From: Candidatus Hydrogenedentota bacterium
GTDB taxonomy: Bacteria > Hydrogenedentota > Hydrogenedentia > Hydrogenedentales > SLHB01
Reading direction: 5' to 3'
DNA: 64,000 nucleotides
Assembly: GCA_963668025.2 (NCBI GenBank)
Contig: CAXXTH010000017.1
Span: forward strand, 160,001-224,000
Below the pieces are notes generated by a model. It was not told where the DNA came from. It worked only from the letters and a program-made list of their open reading frames with translations, and made no database searches. Shown one piece after another: positions 10,608-21,400 of the stretch. The translations under genes were made by a program, and so were the position numbers. Position 1 is the first letter of the stretch, and every line of letters begins with the position of its first letter.

Positions 10608-11105
10608 TTATTTTAACTTCTCCGGCGGAAGTTCACGGAACGGGATGCGCCACATAACCAGCAGATCGCCCGTGTCCGTATCCAGCACTTCGTGGCGTTC
10701 GATAATGGCCCCCGGAATGGGGGCGTATTGCACGCCAGAGCCTGGCAACTGAATCGGCTTGGCCAAATGGGCGGGGTCCACCTCCCATTTCCGCTGGGCA
10801 TACCCATCACCGGCGTCACGCTTCGGGATCCGGTATGTTTTACCAAAATACACCACATTCGGAGGCCCGTCTGGATTGGCCTGGCCCCGGCTCGTAGACT
10901 GGTAATAGACGGCGGACTCCGACGAGGCGTCCGCTTCATGCTCGCGCCGCTTCACCTGGACCGCTTCGACATCTTTGCGATAAAAACGCCGCTCATGGCC
11001 AATCGCATAGGCGCGAATAAGGCCATGGTCGGCCATGGCCGCCGCTTCTTCCTCGCTCACACCCAATGCGGCGGCAAGCTCTTTTTCCGTTAAGAAATCA
11101 CTCAT
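10608..11105 (-). CDS. excisionase/HTH_17-like DNA-binding domain protein with unknown C-terminal domain
   Basis: FLTEKELAAALGVSEEE...GLIRAY..GHERRFYRKDV pattern; start uncertain (11105 or 11123). Confidence 0.7.
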   Translation of the reverse strand: MSDFLTEKELAAALGVSEEEAAAMADHGLIRAYAIGHERRFYRKDVEAVQVKRREHEADASSESAVYYQSTSRGQANPDGPPNVVYFGKTYRIPKRDAGDGYAQRKWEVDPAHLAKPIQLPGSGVQYAPIPGAIIERHEVLDTDTGDLLVMWRIPFRELPPEKLK

Positions 11106-11460
11106 GACCAGAGAGCCTTCCATGCAACTAATGCAGTGATGGCAAACGCATACTTCAGCACGCGGAAGTATATCAAGAAAACCATAGGATGAAAAATGGG
11201 CAGTAGTTTGACCAATCGGCGGCAAATGACCTGCGCGGGGCCGGTTCCGCAAGCCGTTTTTTGAAAGAAATGAAGGCCCGCCGCACTCAAAGCGATAGTC
11301 ATAACATGCGAAAATCCATCTTGCATTCAAGGCAAAAAACAAAATGGCATTCTACGTGATGGTTGCCGGATCTTTGATCTTTGAACAACCTTTCGCAAGC
11401 ATGTAGAATAGCCGCACAGGTGCGCATGGCGCATCGAGGATGGAATGACAGAGGCGCGCG

Positions 11461-12816
11461 ATGGAATCCTTCGCAACAAAACAGGTATCAGGCTGGGGGC
11501 GCTACCCATGGAAGACGTGCCATGTCTACCGCCCGGAGAAGCGCCGGAGCGTGCCGGAGATCCTCGGTTCGCACCGCCAGCCCCATTTTATCGCCCGTGG
11601 CCTCGGGCGCAGCTATGGCGATACGGCGGTTAATGAGGACAGCGGCGTCATTGATATGACCCGCCTCAACCGCATGCTGGCATTCGACCCCGCAACAGGG
11701 CTCCTCGAATGCGAGGCGGGCGTGTCGCTCGCGGAAATCCTTGAGGCCTTCGTGCCCCGGGGCTTTTTCTTGCCGGTCACGCCAGGCACCAAGTTCGTGA
11801 CCGTCGGCGGGGCTATCGCCAATGACGTTCATGGCAAGAACCACCACGTGGATGGCACGTTCGGCCAATTCGTCCGGTCATTCACGTTGTTGACGCCCGA
11901 AGGCAGCCCGTTCACTTGTTCGCCGGACGAGCACGCCGACGTGTTCTGGGCGACCATCGGCGGCATCGGGCTCACGGGCGTGATTCTGACCGCAAAAATT
12001 CTATTGCGCCGCATCGAGACGGCCTATTTCTTCGTGGACTACACCCAGTCGCGGCATATTCATGAAACGCTCGAACGTTTCGCTGAAACAGACCAGCGCT
12101 ACCAGTATTCCGTGGCATGGGTGGATTGCCTGGCCAAAGGCGAATCGCTGGGGCGTTCGGTGCTCATGCAAGGCAACCATGCGCCCGGCAACGAACTGCC
12201 CATTAGTATCCGCGAACCATTAAAAATATCCCGGAAGATGGACAAGAACGTCCCCTTCGATCTGCCCGCTTTCGCGTTGAATCCCTGGAGCATCAAGGCG
12301 TTCAACGCCATGTTCTACAATCGCCACCGGACCGTCGAGGGCAAGCTGGTGGATTACGATACCTATTTCTACCCGCTGGACTTTGTCCACAATTGGAACC
12401 GGCTATATGGCCGCCCTGGATTCATTCAATACCAGGCCACGCTCCCGAAAGATAAATCCGCCGGGCTGGTCGAACTGCTCGAACGCCTAAGCGCGTCGAA
12501 CCGGGCGTCGTTTCTGGCGGTGCTCAAAAGCATGGGGCCCGCCAATCCGGGGCTGCTCTCGCACCCCATGGAAGGCTACACGCTTACATTGGACATCCCC
12601 GTCCGCCATGGGTTGGCCGCGTTCATCCAGGAGCTGGATGATCTCGTGCTGTGCAATGAAGGGCGGCTCTATTTGGCCAAGGACGCCATGGCGTCGCCGG
12701 GTGCGATTGCGGCCATGTATCCGCGGCTTGGCGAATTTAAAACGATTCAGCATCGGCTCGATCCCCACGGCGCGCTCTCGTCCAGCATGGCGCGCCGCCT
12801 CGGAATCGTGGATTAG
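11461..12816 (+). CDS. FAD-binding oxidoreductase, DprE1-like
   Basis: ARGLGRSYGD, PVTPGTKFVTVGGAIANDVHGKNHH, WNRLYG and GRLYLAKD motifs. Confidence 0.92.
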   Translation: MESFATKQVSGWGRYPWKTCHVYRPEKRRSVPEILGSHRQPHFIARGLGRSYGDTAVNEDSGVIDMTRLNRMLAFDPATGLLECEAGVSLAEILEAFVPRGFFLPVTPGTKFVTVGGAIANDVHGKNHHVDGTFGQFVRSFTLLTPEGSPFTCSPDEHADVFWATIGGIGLTGVILTAKILLRRIETAYFFVDYTQSRHIHETLERFAETDQRYQYSVAWVDCLAKGESLGRSVLMQGNHAPGNELPISIREPLKISRKMDKNVPFDLPAFALNPWSIKAFNAMFYNRHRTVEGKLVDYDTYFYPLDFVHNWNRLYGRPGFIQYQATLPKDKSAGLVELLERLSASNRASFLAVLKSMGPANPGLLSHPMEGYTLTLDIPVRHGLAAFIQELDDLVLCNEGRLYLAKDAMASPGAIAAMYPRLGEFKTIQHRLDPHGALSSSMARRLGIVD

Positions 12817-12828
12817 GCAGGGCATAGC

Positions 12829-13587
12829 ATGGGAACCGGAACGGAGCAACTCGGCGTGGTTATCCTGGGCGCGACTTCCGCTATCGCGCGCGCCATCGCA
12901 CGGCGTTTCGCCGTGGAAGGCTATCCCATCGTACTGGCGGCGCGGGATGTGGAGGAAGCGGAGTTGATCGCCGCTGACTTGCGCGTGCGCCATGAGGCCA
13001 AGGCCTCCGTACTGCCCTTCGACGCCTTTGATACGGCGTCTCATGTGGGATTCGTGGACCTGTGCCGCCAGCGTTTGAGCGGCGAACTTGGCGGTGTTGT
13101 CCTTTGCTTCGGCCATATGGAAGACCAGCAGGCCGCCCAGCGGGATTCCGCCGCAGCCCGGCGCATACTGGACGGAAACTTTTTAGGCGCGGTTTCCATT
13201 CTCGATCACTTCGCCAATTATTTTGAGGCGCGCGGCCGGGGATTCATCGCCGCCCTCTCCTCGGTCGCGGGAGACCGGGGCCGGGCCAGCAATTATTACT
13301 ACGGCGCGGCCAAGGCGGGGCTTTCCACGTACTTACAGGGCTTGCGCAACCGCCTCTACCGTTCGGGCGTGTCCGTGACCACTATCAAGCCCGGCTTTAT
13401 CGACACCAAAATGACTTATGGGCTGGAAGGCTTGTTCCTGGTGGACTCTCCTGAACATGCCGGGGCAGCTATGGCCCGCGCCATCCTTTGCCGGCGCAAC
13501 ATCTCTTATGTGCCCTGGTTTTGGCGCTTCATCATGCTCGCCATCCGGCTTATCCCTGAATGGCATTTTAAGCGCATGCGGCTCTAG
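12829..13587 (+). CDS. SDR oxidoreductase, DprE2-like
   Basis: GATSAIA, SSVAGDRGRASNYYYGAAK (YxxxK); follows the DprE1-like gene. Confidence 0.9.
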   Translation: MGTGTEQLGVVILGATSAIARAIARRFAVEGYPIVLAARDVEEAELIAADLRVRHEAKASVLPFDAFDTASHVGFVDLCRQRLSGELGGVVLCFGHMEDQQAAQRDSAAARRILDGNFLGAVSILDHFANYFEARGRGFIAALSSVAGDRGRASNYYYGAAKAGLSTYLQGLRNRLYRSGVSVTTIKPGFIDTKMTYGLEGLFLVDSPEHAGAAMARAILCRRNISYVPWFWRFIMLAIRLIPEWHFKRMRL

Positions 13588-13599
13588 CGCACGGCGGGT

Positions 13600-14268
13600 T
13601 TGATGGCGAAACGCGCTTCTTCGATCAATAAATTGCTCACCGGCCTTTCCGGGCCGCTGGGGGGCGCATTTATTTATCTCCTCGGGCGGACGCTCCGGCT
13701 CATCTGGGTGAATGAACACCACCGCACCGCCATCGACGGCCCGGTCCTATACGCCTTCTGGCATGCGCGCATGGTCACCCTCGCCTTCTCCCACCGCTTT
13801 CGCGGCATCTTAATCATGATCAGTGAGAGCCAGGACGGGGAATTCATCGCACGCCCCATCAAGCAATTGGGTTTCCAGCCAGTGCGGGGCTCGACGACCC
13901 GTAGCGGCATCCGCGCGCTATTCGACATGGTGCGCAGCATCAAGGCTGGCAGAGATGGAGCCATCACGCCCGACGGCCCGAAAGGCCCGCGCCATGTGGC
14001 TCAGATAGGAACAGTCCTTATCGCCCAGCGGGCGGGTGTTCCGGTCATCCCCATCATACCTGCCGTTGAACGCTGCTGGCAGTTGCACAGTTGGGACCGG
14101 TTCATCATTCCGAAGCCGTTCTCTCGAGCCGCCATTCTGCACGGCGCGCCCATCCATGTGCCGAGGAATTGCACGCCCGAGGAACTCGAGGCCAAGCGTA
14201 AAGAGGTGGAAGACGCCATGAACGCCTTAGTGGAAGAGGCGGATAACTTTTTTACCCCACCAGCATGA
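13600..14268 (+). CDS. lysophospholipid acyltransferase family protein (DUF374)
   Basis: AFWH, SQDGE, VRGST, ITPDGPKGP and SWDRFIIPKPFS motifs. Confidence 0.9.
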   Translation: MMAKRASSINKLLTGLSGPLGGAFIYLLGRTLRLIWVNEHHRTAIDGPVLYAFWHARMVTLAFSHRFRGILIMISESQDGEFIARPIKQLGFQPVRGSTTRSGIRALFDMVRSIKAGRDGAITPDGPKGPRHVAQIGTVLIAQRAGVPVIPIIPAVERCWQLHSWDRFIIPKPFSRAAILHGAPIHVPRNCTPEELEAKRKEVEDAMNALVEEADNFFTPPA

Positions 14269-14280
14269 CAGTGTCGCTTA

Positions 14281-14402
14281 GGAGTCGCGTCAAAATAACT
14301 TACCGATTTTCTCCCACCACTCGGAAAGGAAGCGGTAATTCCTATCGCCATGAAAATTGCGTTGAATGCGAAAAAATAGTCAAGTTATTTTGACGCGCCT
14401 CC
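14281..14402. mobile_element. 122-bp MITE, copy 1
   Basis: 21-bp TIR GGAGTCGCGTCAAAATAACTT / AAGTTATTTTGACGCGCCTCC (1 mismatch), flanked by TTA on both sides; inverted near-identical copy at 38708-38829. Confidence 0.9.
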
Positions 14403-14867
14403 TTAGCCTTCCACCGGCATCTCCGAGGTGCAATTCGGGCAGCGCACCGCCTTAATCGGAATCGTGGAACAACAGAAGGGGCAGTCTTTCGTCGTTGGCT
14501 CCGATGATTCCGCTGGGGCCTTGAATGGCTTCTCGAGCTGGTTTATCCCTTTGATCAGCATGAACACCGCGAATGCGACAATCAAAAAACTGATGATCGC
14601 ATTTATGAATAGCCCATAATTGATGGCCACCGCGCCCGCCGCCTGGGCAGCCGCGAGGGATGCATACGGCCCTGGCGTCGCACCTTGCTTCATCACAAGG
14701 AAAAAATTCGAGAAGTCCACGCCCCCGAGCAGCAGCCCAATAGGCGGCATAATCACATCCGCGACCAGGCTGTTCACGATCTTCCCGAATGCGCCCCCGA
14801 TGATGATCCCGATGGCCATGTCCATCACATTGCCCCGCATGGCGAATTGTTTGAATTCCTTCAGCAT
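14403..14867 (-). CDS. mscL: large-conductance mechanosensitive channel with C-terminal CxxC...CxxC tail
   Basis: [48 protein letters not shown]. Confidence 0.96.
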   Translation of the reverse strand: MLKEFKQFAMRGNVMDMAIGIIIGGAFGKIVNSLVADVIMPPIGLLLGGVDFSNFFLVMKQGATPGPYASLAAAQAAGAVAINYGLFINAIISFLIVAFAVFMLIKGINQLEKPFKAPAESSEPTTKDCPFCCSTIPIKAVRCPNCTSEMPVEG

Positions 14868-14970
14868 GGCGTGCTCCTTTCGGGATTTCTCACTGTTAAT
14901 ATCTGTATAGTATTGATTTGGATGAAGATGAGATCCTATGTTACTTTTCCGATGAAAATCACGGCCTTGA

Positions 14971-15915
14971 ATGATTATAGATCATTCTGCTATCAATTAC
15001 GCTGAAAAAACTGTTACGGTTTGGAGATTCATTTTGGATTTTGTGGTTAAAAATCTTCGGTTAGCTGAACTCATCACGGTTGTCAATGCGAATCGAGAGT
15101 ATTTTAACGAATTTGTGGTTTTTTTACAAAATCATGGGTATGCTACTATTCGCGAATTTATTGCTGAGACTTCTGATGAGAAAGCGGTGGCTGTAATTAA
15201 ATCCTATCTGACATTGCATTCTGAAACACAGTTTTTCGACGGTATTTTTCGACCGTTTCCAGAGGCTAAAGCCCGATGGTATTTCCTGGCATGGATCTTT
15301 CGAGATGCTCCAGCTCAACGGCTTAATCCTCTTATTCTTCATATGCCTGGTGCTTCAAAGCTAGAAAAGCAGACTCACATTCTGAATGAAATAAGAAAAT
15401 TCGTTAATCCTTTGTTTCCAAATGAAAAACAATGGGATTGGTATACACTTGCTGAGATTTTCCTTAACCGACTAGAGGGCAGTAGGCGTTCACTTAAAGG
15501 CAATCTGTTTGAAGGCATCATTCGCAAGATTCTGACCGAGCTTTTTGCAGAGCATAACCTTCACTTACATATTAGCCAAGGTCAGCGTAAGCTAAATGAT
15601 GAAACATATGATATAGAAATTATTGGTGTAAAGGGATCCATTCTAATTCCAGTAAAGACTCGTGAAACAATGGGCGGAGGGCATGCCATGCTCTTCACTC
15701 GAGATATTCACAAATCAATATCTGTTGCTGTTAGCGAAGGGTTCACATGCATTCCTATTATTATAGCAGAATCATGGGGTGGCGATTTATCTGGTCTTGC
15801 GTGCAACAGCTTTATTCATATTCGAGCCAACCCGAATCAAATACATGAAATTGCTCCCTTGCTTATCATGGAATTGGAAAAAAACATCAAACTCTTTGAA
15901 AACATCAATTCTTAA
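14971..15915 (+). CDS. type II restriction endonuclease, NheI-like
   Basis: Low GC; convergent with a DNA MTase; segments [25 protein letters not shown] and [20 protein letters not shown] resemble R.NheI as I recall it (not aligned). Confidence 0.75.
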   Translation: MIIDHSAINYAEKTVTVWRFILDFVVKNLRLAELITVVNANREYFNEFVVFLQNHGYATIREFIAETSDEKAVAVIKSYLTLHSETQFFDGIFRPFPEAKARWYFLAWIFRDAPAQRLNPLILHMPGASKLEKQTHILNEIRKFVNPLFPNEKQWDWYTLAEIFLNRLEGSRRSLKGNLFEGIIRKILTELFAEHNLHLHISQGQRKLNDETYDIEIIGVKGSILIPVKTRETMGGGHAMLFTRDIHKSISVAVSEGFTCIPIIIAESWGGDLSGLACNSFIHIRANPNQIHEIAPLLIMELEKNIKLFENINS

Positions 15916-16841
15916 CCAAAAGGTAAAGATATTTGGCACTGGCGTACTCGTTCATTGGCCATAACACAATATTCATTTGAACAGTCTACCCCAACATAGT
16001 TTCGGCCAAGTTTTGTCGCAACTAACGCTGTAGTGCCACTCCCCATAAAAGGATCAAGAACTAAGGCTCCTTCTTCGCAGCTAGCCAAAATGCAATTCTC
16101 TACTAATTTTTCAGGAAACACCGCGAAATGGGCTTCTGGAAACTTTGAAAGTGGTATTTCCCAAACAGTCCGTTTGTTACGCCCCTTCGGATGAAATGCT
16201 TGATCCCACCGTGCAGTATGAAGATTTGGATTGCCTGCATTCTTTCCACTTTCTGGTGTCCCATTTCTCTTTCCAAAATGATTACGTCCACCACGCATCT
16301 TCGAATTTTCAGTGAAGGTCACATGTGGTTCCCGAATAGCATCTGCATTAAAGTAATAATCTTTACTCTTCGAAAGCATAAAAACATACTCGTGATCTTG
16401 TGTTGGGCGCGTTTTGACAGATGATGGCATCGCGTTTGTCTTATGCCATATTACATCTGATCGAAGCAACCACCCCTGCTCATCCTGAAGTGCAAGAGCA
16501 ACACGCCAGGGCATTCCCATTAATCGTCCATCGATGTACTTATCCCCCAGATTCAGCCAAAATAAGCCTTGTGGTTTCAAAATCCTTTTACACTCAGAAA
16601 ACACGATCAAGAGGTTTTCCAAATATTCCTTAGGATCGCTCTCTCGACCAATTTGTAAATCTGTCGAATAATCCCTTTGGCTGAAGTAAGGAGGGCTTGT
16701 GACCACCACGTCTACACATTCAGCAGGAAATTTCCTCAATTCAAATCTTGAATCTCCGCAGAAGATTTTCCCGCAAAGCTCTTTCTGTTCGAAGTGATTC
16801 TCCCTATTTATTTCATGTACCCGATTATGCATTGCATCCAT
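15912..16841 (-). CDS. beta-class amino (probably N4-cytosine) DNA methyltransferase
   Basis: TSPPY (motif IV) before DPFMGSGTT (motif I); HFAVFP; resembles the M.Cfr9I/M.SmaI-type m4C MTases. Confidence 0.92.
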   Translation of the reverse strand: MDAMHNRVHEINRENHFEQKELCGKIFCGDSRFELRKFPAECVDVVVTSPPYFSQRDYSTDLQIGRESDPKEYLENLLIVFSECKRILKPQGLFWLNLGDKYIDGRLMGMPWRVALALQDEQGWLLRSDVIWHKTNAMPSSVKTRPTQDHEYVFMLSKSKDYYFNADAIREPHVTFTENSKMRGGRNHFGKRNGTPESGKNAGNPNLHTARWDQAFHPKGRNKRTVWEIPLSKFPEAHFAVFPEKLVENCILASCEEGALVLDPFMGSGTTALVATKLGRNYVGVDCSNEYCVMANERVRQCQISLPFG

Positions 16842-16848
16842 AATTCAT

Positions 16849-17067
16849 CTACCTCTTCTTCTCAAGAGCAAAGAGAATATGGTCTAAGCTCTGCTTTGCA
16901 TACAATCGATATCCGTTTATTGGATGTCGCTGTGGAACCAATTTTCCACTTCTATCCCAATTCCGAAGTGTAGATGTCGAGACTTTTAAATATTCTGCTG
17001 CTTCACTCACAGTAAAATAATCCGCGAATGTTCTTACATTTGGTTTAGATACCGTTTTTTTTCGCAT
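16849..17067 (-). CDS. MerR/excisionase-type HTH protein, candidate R-M controller
   Basis: TVSEAAEYLKVSTSTLRNWDRSGKL..RHPINGYRLY; lies 7 bp upstream of the MTase gene. Confidence 0.82.
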   Translation of the reverse strand: MRKKTVSKPNVRTFADYFTVSEAAEYLKVSTSTLRNWDRSGKLVPQRHPINGYRLYAKQSLDHILFALEKKR

Positions 17068-17186
17068 TAAGCATACCTAACCTTATCAAACATTGTCAAG
17101 TCTCATATGGTTCAATTATTCATTAATACTTATCAAACCTTAAAAAGACGGCGACTCAATACCTATGAAATAGAATCAACAGATGG

Positions 17187-18233
17187 TTATGTCTCCCGGA
17201 TCACCAGTTCCGGCTGCACCACATACTGAATTATATTGCTGTCTGCGTCGCCATCATTTTCCGGATGTATCAATTGCGTCAAAATGCGCGCCATTTCAGC
17301 GTTGTGGGGATCGACTGTGGTGATGGGCGGTGTGAAATACCGGCTTAGGTCCGTGTTGCCATAACTCACCACGTTGAATTCGCCCGGCACGGACGCCCCT
17401 TGTTCGTGGAGGCGTCCAATGACCTGGATGGCGCTCACGTCGTCGCAACAGAGGACGCCCGTGATGCCGTCATGGCGCAGGGCGCAGGCTTCGATGGCAT
17501 TGGCTCGGGGTAGCGCCATTGCCGGGTGATGGGGCCGCCGGCGTCGCATGATGTCGAGATAGGTCTCGCGCATGAGTTCGAGGACCATATTGCGGCCCGC
17601 CCACACTTCATTTTCGACGAAGGCGACGCCGCCGTTTTTCTGTTCGAGCAGATAACTCATCGCGCGTGCGACGCCCAAGTCGTAGCTCTGCACCACGAAT
17701 CGGAAGTCATTACTCGTCATCGTATGATCGAGCAGCACCACGGGCGAATCCTGTGGCGACAGGCGCGAATAAAACTCCCCTGTCCGCGATTCATCGAACG
17801 TCGGAATGACCACCACCGCCTCGAACCGCTCTTTCAGCATAAAACCCACCAGGCGGATTTCCTCTTGGTAGTCGTTGTAATCGCAATAATGGCGCAATTC
17901 ACGCCCGAGAGCCGCTGCGTGGCGGGACACATGAAAGATAAGGTCTTCGTATTGGATGTTGTAGAAAGGAAATACAAGGCCCCAGATATGCTGCACGGGC
18001 CGCCGATCCGACACAAACGAGCCTTTGCCCGCCTGCTGGACGATATACCCTTCCTCAGCCAGCGTGTGGAGCACCCGCTTAGCCGTCTCACGGGCAACGC
18101 CGAATTTTGCTTGAATCTCGGCGATGGAATTGATGCGCTGCCCCGGCATCAAGCGCAAATGGAGAATATCATCTCGATACCGCTCAAAAAGCTGGCGGTA
18201 CAAAGGAACAGAGGTCACGGTATCATTTTGCAT
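17187..18233 (-). CDS. GntR-family regulator with LacI-type periplasmic-binding-like effector domain (AraR-like architecture)
   Basis: PLYRQL...LMPGQRI...FGVARETAKRVL..LAEEGYI...GKGSFV; C-terminal PPITTV. Confidence 0.9.
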   Translation of the reverse strand: MQNDTVTSVPLYRQLFERYRDDILHLRLMPGQRINSIAEIQAKFGVARETAKRVLHTLAEEGYIVQQAGKGSFVSDRRPVQHIWGLVFPFYNIQYEDLIFHVSRHAAALGRELRHYCDYNDYQEEIRLVGFMLKERFEAVVVIPTFDESRTGEFYSRLSPQDSPVVLLDHTMTSNDFRFVVQSYDLGVARAMSYLLEQKNGGVAFVENEVWAGRNMVLELMRETYLDIMRRRRPHHPAMALPRANAIEACALRHDGITGVLCCDDVSAIQVIGRLHEQGASVPGEFNVVSYGNTDLSRYFTPPITTVDPHNAEMARILTQLIHPENDGDADSNIIQYVVQPELVIRET

Positions 18234-18421
18234 AAGAATCCATCACAATTCTGACGTATCACATCACATCACAGTGCGTATTGTATATTTATAAGCAGAG
18301 ATTGTCAATGGGCGGAAGTCCTCCCATGACCAATACGAGTAAGATCCTTTTTCTAAAAAAGAAGAAGACGTATAATTGTTCCTAAGATAAATGTGTATAG
18401 CCAATGGGGGAATTTGCCGGA

Positions 18422-21400
18422 ATGCCTGTTTTATCCTGGAATGAAATCCGCATGCGCGCCGTCGACTTTTCCCGCGAATGGGCGGGCGCACGGGAGGAAC
18501 GAGCCGAGGCGCAGACGTTCTGGAACGAGTTCTTCCATGTCTTCGGCATCCGCCGCCGCACGGTTGCGACCTTCGAAGAGCCTGTTAAAAGCCTGAAAAA
18601 CACCTATCACCGCATCGACCTATTCTGGAAAGGACGGCTTCTCGCCGAGCATAAAAGCGCGGGGGAGGATCTGGACAAGGCCAAATCGCAGGCTTTCCAG
18701 TATATACAAGAGCTTGTCGCTTCCGGCCGACAGGACGAAGTTCCCCGATACATACTGCTGAGCGATTTTAACCGCATGGTGCTTTATGACCTTGAACCGG
18801 AAGAAGGCGATCCGGAGCATGTCTCGTTTAATTTGATTGATCTGCATGCCCATCTTGGGCATTTCGCGTTCTTCATCGGGCAGAAGGTGCATCGGTTTGG
18901 CGAAGAAGACGAGGCCAACCTTAAAGCTGCGGCGATCATGGCCGATCTGCATGATGCTGTCTCCGAAGGGCATTACGACGCGAAATCCCTCGAACGCCTG
19001 CTGGTTCGCCTGCTGTTTTGCCTTTTCGCTGATGACACGGGCATCTTTGAATCCGCCCAGTTTGAATGCTTTATCCTGAACTGCACGCGCGAAAACGGCT
19101 CCGACTTAGGCGCACAACTTAACGCCCTTTTCGATGTGCTCAATACGCCTAGGGAGAAGCGGCCCAGTTATCTCGATGATGATCTGTCCGTGTTTCCATA
19201 TGTGAATGGCGAGCTGTTCAAGGAATCGCTGCCAGTCGCTGGATTCAGCGCCACCATGCGCAATGCTATCATCACCGCCTGCCGTTTCGACTGGTCGCGC
19301 ATTTCGCCCGCCATATTCGGCTCCCTGTTCCAGGGCATCATGGACGCCAAGGAACGCCGCCAGATTGGTGCGCATTACACTTCCGAACGCGATATCATGA
19401 AAGTGATCCGCCCCCTATTCCTCGATGCATTGCGGGAGGAATTCGAGCAAATTCAAAAAGATAGCAGGAAAAGCCATCGACAAAACCGCCTGATGGCATT
19501 GCGGCAAAAGCTCACCACCCTGCGTTTCCTGGATCCGGCCTGCGGTTGCGGCAACTTCCTCGTCATCGCCTACCGGGAACTACGCCGCTTGGAGCACGAT
19601 ATTCTGCATGAGCTGTATCTATTTAGTTTACATGGCGAGGAGCTTGATCTCGGTGAAGAAGGCCGGGTGTCCCGCGTCGATGTGGACCAGTTCTTCGGCA
19701 TCGAGATGGGCGAATGGCCTGCCCGCATCGCCGAGACCGCCCTCTGGCTCACGGACCACCAAATGAATCTTGAACTGTCCAAAGCCTCGGGCCATCTCTT
19801 CCAGCGCATACCCTTGCGGGCCGCGCCTCATATCCGATGCGCCAACGCCTTGCGTTTCGATTGGAATGACCTTCTTCCCTCCAAGGAATGCAGTTATGTG
19901 TTGGGCAATCCGCCTTTCGTGGGGGCAAAATTCCAGACCGCCAGCCAGAAAGTCGATGTGAAGCTGGTGGTGGGCGATGAGGACCACGCCGGATTGCTGG
20001 ATTACGTCGCTATGTGGTATTTCCTCGCCGCGCGATACATCAGGGGAACCCGCGTCCGCTGCGCCTTCGTGTCCACAAACTCCATCTCGCAAGGCGAACA
20101 GGTGGGCGTGTTGTGGTCGAAATTATACAGCCAGGGCGTCAAGATTCATTTCGCCCACCGCACGTTCGCATGGCAAAGCGAAGCGAAAGGCAAAGCCCAT
20201 GTCCATGTAATCATCATCGGATTCGGACTAGGAAATGTGGAAAAGAAACTGATCTATGAATATGAGGACATCAAAGGCGAGCCTAAAGCCATCGAAGTCT
20301 TTAATATCGCGCCCTATCTCGTCGAAGGAGGCGATATCACCATCCGCAACCGCATGAAACCGTTATGCGATGTGCCGGAGATTGGCATTGGCAATAAGCC
20401 GATTGATGGCGGAAATTATCTATTTGACGAAGAGGAAAAGGCGGCGTTCCTTGAACGCGAACCCAATGCGGAGAAGTACTTCCGCCCCTGGATAGGCTCG
20501 GTCGAGTTTCTTCATGGTTACCATCGCTGGTGTTTGTGGCTCGGTGACGCGTCTCCGAAGGAGTTGCGCGAGATGCCCGAGTGCCGGAAACGCATACAAG
20601 CAGTCAAACGATACCGTATGATGAGTAAAAGCTATCCCACAAGAAGATTAGCTGAAACACCGGAACGCTTCCATGTGGAGAATTTCCCTGAGAGCAGTTT
20701 TCTAGTACTTCCCGAAGTGAGTTCGGAAAAACGCAAGTATATTCCGATTGGTTATTTATCCCCTCCAGTGATTTGCAGTAATCTTGTTAAGATCATGCAT
20801 GATGCCACTCTCTACCACTTCGGCACCCTAACGAGCGCCATGCATATGGCCTGGGTGCGGCAGGTTTGCGGGCGGTTAAAATCGGATTTTCGTTATTCCG
20901 CCAAGCTCGTGTACAATAATTACCCTTGGCCGCTGGAGGCCACGGAAGCCAAGCGCGCGCGAGTCGAAGCATGCGCCCAGAAGGTGCTCGACGTGCGCCA
21001 GCGGTATCTGGATACAGGCAATACGCTGGCGGATCTATATGACGCGGTTTGCATGCCCGCCGTGCTGGTGAAAGCCCATATCGCCCTCGACCGCGCCGTG
21101 GACCGCTGCTACCGGCGCGAACCGTTTCCATCCGACCGCGAACGGGTCGAGTATTTGTTCGGCCTTTATGAATCCCTCACCGCGCCACTGGCGCCATCCG
21201 CGCCTGCTAAAAAATCGCGGCGGAAAAAACAGGTAATCGCATTCATTTTTTCTTCACCCGCTCCGCGACCAAGCAGGCCGCGCCGAGGGCTACGGCGTCA
21301 TCACCCAGGCGGGCGGCCACAAGGCGCACGCCTTGGCGCAGGAAAGGCATGGCGTGGTCCTCGATGCCGCGTGCGGCTTCATCGAGATAGAGCGCGGGCA

